Under the pieces are notes generated by a model that was not told where the DNA came from, ran no database searches, and saw only the letters and a list, made by a program, of their open reading frames with translations. From an uncultured Nitriliruptoraceae bacterium (GTDB taxonomy: Bacteria > Actinomycetota > Nitriliruptoria > Nitriliruptorales > Nitriliruptoraceae): DNA of 32,000 bases. Position numbers and translations under genes: made by a program. The DNA lies in assembly GCA_963695235.1 (NCBI GenBank), contig OY968778.1, positions 2,389,136-2,421,135 of the forward strand, read 5' to 3'. This document shows positions 27,129 to 32,000 of this stretch, piece by piece; the first letter of the stretch is position 1, and each line of letters starts with the position of its first letter.

Positions 27129-28204
27129 AGGTCGTGGTCGCACCGGACAGCTTCGGCGGCACCCTGACCGCGCCGGAGGTGGCCGCCGCGATCGCGGAGG
27201 GGTGGCGCGAGGTCCGGCCGCGGGACGAGCTCGTGCTCGTGCCGATGTCCGACGGCGGCGAGGGACTGCTCGACGTGCTGGCGACCGCAGACGACACCTG
27301 GGTGTCGACCGAGGTCTCGGGGCCGCTCGGCCATCCGGTCGAGGCAGCGCTGCTCCTGCGCCCGGACCACACCGCCGTGGTCGAGGCCGCTCGCGCGTGC
27401 GGGCTCGCGCTCGTCCCCGAGGGCCGTCGGTCGCCGTTGCGGGCGACGTCCTACGGGGTCGGACAGCTCCTCGACGCCGCGGTGGACGTCGGGGCGCGCA
27501 CCGTGCTGCTGGGGTTGGGTGGCAGCGCGACCGTCGACGGGGGTGCGGGGGCCCTCACGGCGCTCGGGTACCGGATCAGGACAGACGACGGCTCCGGCCT
27601 CAAGGTGGGCGGCGACGACCTGCACCGTGTCGATCGCATCGAACGGGGGTGGTCCGTGGACCCGTCCCGACTCGTCCTCCAGCTGCTGGCCGACGTGAGC
27701 ACCACCCTCGGGGACGCGGCCCGTGTCTTCGGGCCGCAGAAGGGGGCGTCGGCCGACGACGTCGTCGTCCTCGAGCGGGGGCTGCGGACCTGGGCCGACG
27801 TGGTGGGGCGCGACCTCCCGGCGCGCCCGGACCTCGAGCGGGAGGCCGGGTCGGGGGCGGCCGGTGGGCTGGGATTCGGGCTCGCTGCCGCCTTCGGCGG
27901 CCCGCTGGTGTCTGGCGCCGAGCGGGTCGGGGAGCTCGTCGGTCTGCCGACCGAGCTGGACGACGCCGAGGTGGTGGTCACCGGCGAGGGGCGGCTCGAC
28001 GCGACGACGGTCGCTGGCAAGGTCGTGTCGCACGTCGCGGCGCTGGCCCGCGCACGCGGCGTCCGAGCGCTGGCGGTGGCGGGACAGGCGCTCGAGGTCC
28101 CCGCCGCGCTGGATGCCGTCGAGCTCTCCGGGCCGGACGGCCCGGGGCCGGATCCGGCGGCTGACGTCCGGACGGCGGCCGCGCGGCTGGCCCGGCGGAT
28201 CTGA
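27125..28204 (+). CDS. Glycerate kinase family protein
   Basis: 359 aa. MKVVVAPDSFGGTLTA...VPMSDGGEG N-terminus and C-terminal VVTGEGRLDATTVAGKV. ATG 27125 overlaps the gcvT stop (ATGA). Confidence 0.85.
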   Translation: MKVVVAPDSFGGTLTAPEVAAAIAEGWREVRPRDELVLVPMSDGGEGLLDVLATADDTWVSTEVSGPLGHPVEAALLLRPDHTAVVEAARACGLALVPEGRRSPLRATSYGVGQLLDAAVDVGARTVLLGLGGSATVDGGAGALTALGYRIRTDDGSGLKVGGDDLHRVDRIERGWSVDPSRLVLQLLADVSTTLGDAARVFGPQKGASADDVVVLERGLRTWADVVGRDLPARPDLEREAGSGAAGGLGFGLAAAFGGPLVSGAERVGELVGLPTELDDAEVVVTGEGRLDATTVAGKVVSHVAALARARGVRALAVAGQALEVPAALDAVELSGPDGPGPDPAADVRTAAARLARRI

Positions 28205-28310
28205 GCGTCCGGCTCGGTACACTCCGACGGGCACCCGCCATCACACGGCCGGTGCGACCCGGGGATGCGCCGCACCGTCATCCCGACGAGACCAAGCGAG
28301 GAGCGTGCCC

Positions 28311-28676
28311 GTGAGCGCCGACACGAGCGTCGACCAGACGACGACCACCGTCGTGAGCTTGACCGAGACCGCAGCGGAGAAGGTCCGGGGCTTCCTCGTC
28401 GACCAGCCGGACGTCGACGACGTCGCGCTGCGCGTCGCGGTGCAGGCCGGCGGTTGCGCGGGCTTCCGCTACGCGCTGTTCTTCGACGACCGCCAGCTCG
28501 AGGGTGACCTCGAGGAGAGCTTCCACGGGATCACCGTGCGCATCGACAAGATGTCGACGCCCTACCTCCAGGGTGCGGTCATCGACTGGAAGGAGTCGCT
28601 CGAGGCCTCCGGGTTCTCGATCGACAACCCCAACTCGTCGGGGTCCTGCGCCTGCGGCGACAGCGCGACCTTCTGA
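28311..28676 (+). CDS. erpA: HesB/IscA/ErpA-family iron-sulfur cluster insertion protein
   Basis: 121 aa from GTG 28311 (GAGGAG 7 nt upstream). GGCAGFRY and the C-terminal GSCACG cysteine motif. Confidence 0.88.
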   Translation: MSADTSVDQTTTTVVSLTETAAEKVRGFLVDQPDVDDVALRVAVQAGGCAGFRYALFFDDRQLEGDLEESFHGITVRIDKMSTPYLQGAVIDWKESLEASGFSIDNPNSSGSCACGDSATF

Positions 28677-28679
28677 GCC

Positions 28680-28700
28680 GTTCGGTGCGCCGCACCGAAC
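28680..28700 (+). terminator. Short GC-rich hairpin right after erpA
   Basis: GTTCGGTG cgccg CACCGAAC: 8-bp stem starting 4 nt after the stop codon. No U-tract. Confidence 0.3.
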
Positions 28701-28730
28701 CGGTGGGCGTGAACGCCGTCCCCGCGTGAC

Positions 28731-29273
28731 GTGGACGACGACGGCACGGGCTGGAACGAGCTCCTGCTGTCGCTCTGGAGTGGCGCGACCCGGGATGCCG
28801 TGGTCACCCGCATCGAAGGGGCGCTGCGAGGCAGGCGAGGTTGGCTCGTCCGTGTCTTCGCCGATCCCGACGGCGTCCGCCCGGAGCTGACCGAGACCGT
28901 CCACGCCGTGGTGCTCGCGGGGATCCGCGACGAGACCGGTGCCGATCTCGACGCACTCGGCAGCCAGGCGGCCTGGGACTGCTACGAGCAGGTCTGGGCC
29001 GCGCTCGGCGACCGCTGGGCCGACGGAGGCTCGCTCGCCTCCGTGCCGCTCACGAAGGAGCCGTCGGTCGACGCCTTCGTCCGGACGCTGCCCACCGAGG
29101 CTGCGGTGTGCGCCGGTGCGGACGTCCTCGACGGCCGGGTGGACCCGTTGTGGCTCCGAGGCAGGCTGCGCGTGGACGTCGACGGCCTGCGCGCGTACCT
29201 GGCCCTGGACGGTGGGCTCGCCCCGGAGGCGGTCCACACGACGATCATGCGCATCCTGCGGGAGGCGAGTTGA
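28731..29273 (+). CDS. Hypothetical protein (180 aa), no family recognised
   Basis: Consistently high GC3 in this frame and non-repetitive, acidic, Trp-rich sequence (GWNELLLSLWSG..., AAWDCYEQVWAALGDRWADGG). GTG start 28731 is uncertain. Confidence 0.6.
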   Translation: MDDDGTGWNELLLSLWSGATRDAVVTRIEGALRGRRGWLVRVFADPDGVRPELTETVHAVVLAGIRDETGADLDALGSQAAWDCYEQVWAALGDRWADGGSLASVPLTKEPSVDAFVRTLPTEAAVCAGADVLDGRVDPLWLRGRLRVDVDGLRAYLALDGGLAPEAVHTTIMRILREAS

Positions 29274-29294
29274 GCCGGACGCGGGGCCCCGGAC

Positions 29295-29537
29295 TCACCG
29301 ACGCCGCTCGACGAGGAAGCGCCAGGTGCCGTCCTCGTCGCCCGCTTCGACCAGCTGGTGCCGTTGGAGCCGGCACCAGACCGGGACGTCGACCTTCGCC
29401 GCCGGATCCGTGGCGAGCAGGAGCACACGGGCGCCGACCGTGACCTCGGTGACGGCGGAGGCGAGTTCGATCACGGGCATCGGGCAGGCGAGCCCACGTG
29501 CGTCGACGACGCGTTCGTGCGAGCCGCGCTCCGGCAT
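29295..29537 (-). CDS. TusA/SirA-like sulfur-carrier family protein
   Basis: 80 aa from ATG 29537 (alternative start at 29564). DARGLACPMPV contains the family CPxP cysteine motif. Begins 36 nt downstream of the USP gene stop. Confidence 0.7.
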   Translation of the reverse strand: MPERGSHERVVDARGLACPMPVIELASAVTEVTVGARVLLLATDPAAKVDVPVWCRLQRHQLVEAGDEDGTWRFLVERRR

Positions 29538-29573
29538 CCGGCGCTCCTGGCGGGGGGCGGCCACGGTAGCCAG

Positions 29574-30725
29574 TCAGCGTGCCTGGACCTCGACCGCGTC
29601 CGTGCGCAGCGTCACCGCCCCGCGGTCGACGTCGTAGCTGATCTCGGCGCCGCGGAGCTCCGGGGCCTCGTGGACCGCCACCATCACCGCGGCGATCGCT
29701 GCGTTGACGCCACTGGCGGTCACCGTGACGGTCGCACGCACGTGGGGTCGAGGGTCGCCGGCCGGCCACCAGGCCATGAGGTGGTCGGTGTCGCCGGCGG
29801 AGCGCAGGACGCGATCGAGGTGGTCGGGGGTGACGGCGCGGTCGTCCGGCAGCCGTGCCGTGACCACGATCCGGACCGGATGCTGGTCGTCGGGCACGGT
29901 CCGCGGTGCGGGGCTGCCCGCCGCCTCGACCGCGTCGACCAGCCCGGTCTCGCGGCTGGGGCCGGTGTCGATGGCAACCAGGAGCGTGGCGTCCGGGGCC
30001 GCCCAGGCGAGGTGGGTGGTGGCGGCCCGCAGGCCGGACACGGTGGGGGCCACCGTCGCGATCACGAGGTGGTCCGGGCGGGCGAACGCAGCGACGGCCT
30101 GGTGGGTGCGCCGCGGGTCGTGGTGGACCCGGTCGCCGAGGGCCATGACCTGTGGAGGCAGTGCCGGCTCGCGCGCCCCGGTGCGCAGCACGGTGGCCGG
30201 CTCGTCGTAGGCCTGGCTGAACCGGTGCGCGAGATCGGCCGCCAGCTCGAGGCCGCTCTCGCCGCCGGGCAACAGGTGGTCGTCGGACACGGGGAGCAGC
30301 ACCCGCTGCGCCTGGTCGGTCCCCAGCCGGACGATCGCGAGCGGGGTGGAGGAGCGCCCGACGATCTGGTCGATCAAGGTGCCGAACACGTCGGTCGTCG
30401 AGCTGCTGCCGCGCCAGCCCATGAGGACCAACGTCGCGCCCAGCTCGTCGAGCGCACGCAGCACGCCGTCCGCGGCGCGCTGCGCGGTGACCACCCTCCC
30501 GCGGGCGGTCACGCCGAGGTCGCGCGCGATCTCCTCGGCGAGGGACAGGCCGGACCAGGCGTGCGCCTGCTCGTCGGCCGGTGCATCGGGATGGAGCACG
30601 GTGATGACCTCGACCGTGCCCCCGTCGGACCTGGCGATGTGCGCGGCGCAGGCCAGCAACGGTCGGACCGAGGTCGGGTTGGCGACCGGCACCACGATCC
30701 TGGTCCCAAGCCCCGGTCGCACCAT
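29574..30725 (-). CDS. Tandem universal stress protein (USP) domains with ~110-aa uncharacterised C-terminal extension
   Basis: 383 aa from ATG 30725 (GAGGAG 6 nt upstream). Two USP-like alpha/beta units (RIVVPVANP...LVLMGWRGSS...GRSSTPLAIVR; RVLLPVSDD...). A C-terminal segment VRIVVTARLPDD...ISYDVDRGAVTLRTDAVEVQAR follows. The 550-aa track ORF N-terminus is Arg/Pro shadow sequence. Confidence 0.7.
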   Translation of the reverse strand: MVRPGLGTRIVVPVANPTSVRPLLACAAHIARSDGGTVEVITVLHPDAPADEQAHAWSGLSLAEEIARDLGVTARGRVVTAQRAADGVLRALDELGATLVLMGWRGSSSTTDVFGTLIDQIVGRSSTPLAIVRLGTDQAQRVLLPVSDDHLLPGGESGLELAADLAHRFSQAYDEPATVLRTGAREPALPPQVMALGDRVHHDPRRTHQAVAAFARPDHLVIATVAPTVSGLRAATTHLAWAAPDATLLVAIDTGPSRETGLVDAVEAAGSPAPRTVPDDQHPVRIVVTARLPDDRAVTPDHLDRVLRSAGDTDHLMAWWPAGDPRPHVRATVTVTASGVNAAIAAVMVAVHEAPELRGAEISYDVDRGAVTLRTDAVEVQAR

Positions 30726-30922
30726 GGTTGCTCCTCGTTGCGGGTCCGTCAGCGTAGGAGCCGGGCCGGGCTCGCGCCAGGGATGGTCGGCCGCGCACGC
30801 GCGCTCGCCGTCGTCGCGTGTGCGTCGGGCGGCTTCGCGCCGCACCCGTCCCGCGGGCGTCGCGCGGTACCGTGCGACCCGCGTGGTCGGCAGCCGTGCC
30901 GGTGGTCGCGCGAGGAGGCGAG

Positions 30923-31387
30923 ATGCGGGTCCTTGTGGTGTCGGAGGACGACAAGGAACGTCAACGCGCCTCGAGCGCGCTGCTGCTGCACCCGGGCACC
31001 GAGGTGGTCGAGGTGTCGACCGCCGCCGAGGTGCGCGAGCTCCTGCTGGACGGCTCCAGCTCGTTCGACGTGCTCGTGGTGGACGGCGACCTGCGGCCGC
31101 GCGGCGGCTTCGCCACCCTCTACGACCTCCGGGCGCGTGCGGAGCTCGAGGATCGTCCCGCGGTGCCGGCACTGGTGCTGACCGCCCGGGAGCAGGACCG
31201 CTGGCTCGCGAGCTGGGCGGGCGCAAACGAGGTGCTGCGCAAGCCGGTCGACCCCTTCGAGCTGGCCCGCCGCGTCGCGGGGCTCGAGGGCGCGGACCCG
31301 GCCCCCTACGGCGACGCGGGTGCCGCAGCCGCGCAGGTCGCGGTCGCCACCCGCGAGCATCGCTCCCAGCGCGTCGGCACGGCCTGA
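30923..31387 (+). CDS. Stand-alone CheY-like receiver domain protein
   Basis: 154 aa from ATG 30923 (GAGGAGG 5 nt upstream). Acidic pocket VVSEDD, putative phospho-Asp in DVLVVDGDL, LVLTAR, and LRKPVDP. Confidence 0.75.
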   Translation: MRVLVVSEDDKERQRASSALLLHPGTEVVEVSTAAEVRELLLDGSSSFDVLVVDGDLRPRGGFATLYDLRARAELEDRPAVPALVLTAREQDRWLASWAGANEVLRKPVDPFELARRVAGLEGADPAPYGDAGAAAAQVAVATREHRSQRVGTA

Positions 31388-31396
31388 GCGAGGCCC

Positions 31397-32000
31397 TCAG
31401 GCCTCGTCGAGCCCGAGCCGCCGGCAGACCTCCGCCACCTGGGAGGGTGCGATCCCGAGGTGGTCCGCGATGCGGCTCCTGGTCGCGTAGACCGCCGTCC
31501 GTGACACGCCGAGCGCCGTCGCGATCTGACGAGGCGGCGTCCCCCGCGCCAGCGACCGTGCGATCTGGTGCTGGTTGTCGGTGAGTCGGGCGACGAGCGA
31601 GCGGTCCGGCGTTCGCACGTGGTCGGCGGTCGGTATGTGCTCGAGCCGGGACAGGTGCACCGCCGGGGCCTGGCCCGGACGGCCGGCGTCGTGCGCCGCG
31701 AGACGGCGCAGGGAGCCGACCAGCTCGTCGCGTCGGGTCGCGCGCAGGGCACCGTCCTGCGGCGCGAGGGCCTCACGCACGACCTCCAGCAGCGGGTCGT
31801 GGCGGAACGGCTTGGTCACGGTCCTCACCGCCCCGGTGATGACCCCCCGCAGGCGATCGCGCTCGCTGCTCAACGCGGTGACCAGCACGACCGGGACCTG
31901 GGCGAGCGACGGGTCCTCCTGCAACCGTCGCAGGACCTCCCAGCCGTCGAGCCTGGGCATCATCACGTCGAGCAGCACGAGGTCGACGCGGTGCTCGGCC
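31397..32000 (-). CDS. Response regulator, receiver + C-terminal HTH (5' end beyond window)
   Basis: Frame is open to base 32000 (..VDLVLLDVMMPRLDGWEV.., LVTALS, TKPF). C-terminal HTH LTDNQHQIARSLARGTPPRQIATALGVSRTAVYATRSRI is LuxR / sigma-70 region-4-like. Confidence 0.8.
   Translation of the reverse strand, partial: AEHRVDLVLLDVMMPRLDGWEVLRRLQEDPSLAQVPVVLVTALSSERDRLRGVITGAVRTVTKPFRHDPLLEVVREALAPQDGALRATRRDELVGSLRRLAAHDAGRPGQAPAVHLSRLEHIPTADHVRTPDRSLVARLTDNQHQIARSLARGTPPRQIATALGVSRTAVYATRSRIADHLGIAPSQVAEVCRRLGLDEA

Overview
Very high-GC, GC3-rich actinobacterial chromosomal segment. It is densely packed with about 33 CDS. I saw no rRNA, tRNA, CRISPR array or mobile element. The gene content is the conserved actinobacterial nitrogen/lipoate neighbourhood, the same set as the M. 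tuberculosis Rv2201-Rv2226 region. From left to right: IclR regulator, ferritin-like protein, alpha/beta hydrolase, pabB-pabC, PduO-type adenosyltransferase, panB, nadE, amt, glnA2-glnE, a translationally coupled four-gene insert (epoxide-hydrolase-like / HAD / DoxX / YczE-like) followed by a 52-aa hydrophobic peptide gene, glnA, MscS-like channel, lipA-lipB-sucB-lpd, gcvT coupled to a glycerate kinase, HesB/ErpA, a hypothetical protein, a TusA-like protein, a tandem-USP protein, an orphan receiver and a partial response regulator. Most of this is ordinary core metabolism, and I do not see a clear novel multi-gene system such as a defence island.

The observations most worth follow-up are:
1. 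A 381-bp direct repeat, 378/381 identical, puts the same lipoyl domain and acidic linker at the 5' end of both sucB (E2) and lpd (E3). This creates a lipoyl-E3 fusion and a recombination-prone cassette.
2. Two adjacent palindromic elements with a shared stem sequence lie between glnA and a small membrane-peptide gene. They can form three mutually exclusive perfect helices.
3. A four-pentamer, 11-nt-periodic GlnR-box-like array lies in the nadE/amt divergent region.
4. amt lacks the usual glnK/glnD partners.
5. A kinase-less USP/TusA/receiver cluster sits at the right edge.

All functional calls come from motif and family recognition by eye. Start codons were refined from the ORF track using RBS spacing, stop/start overlaps and GC3. 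No database search was possible.
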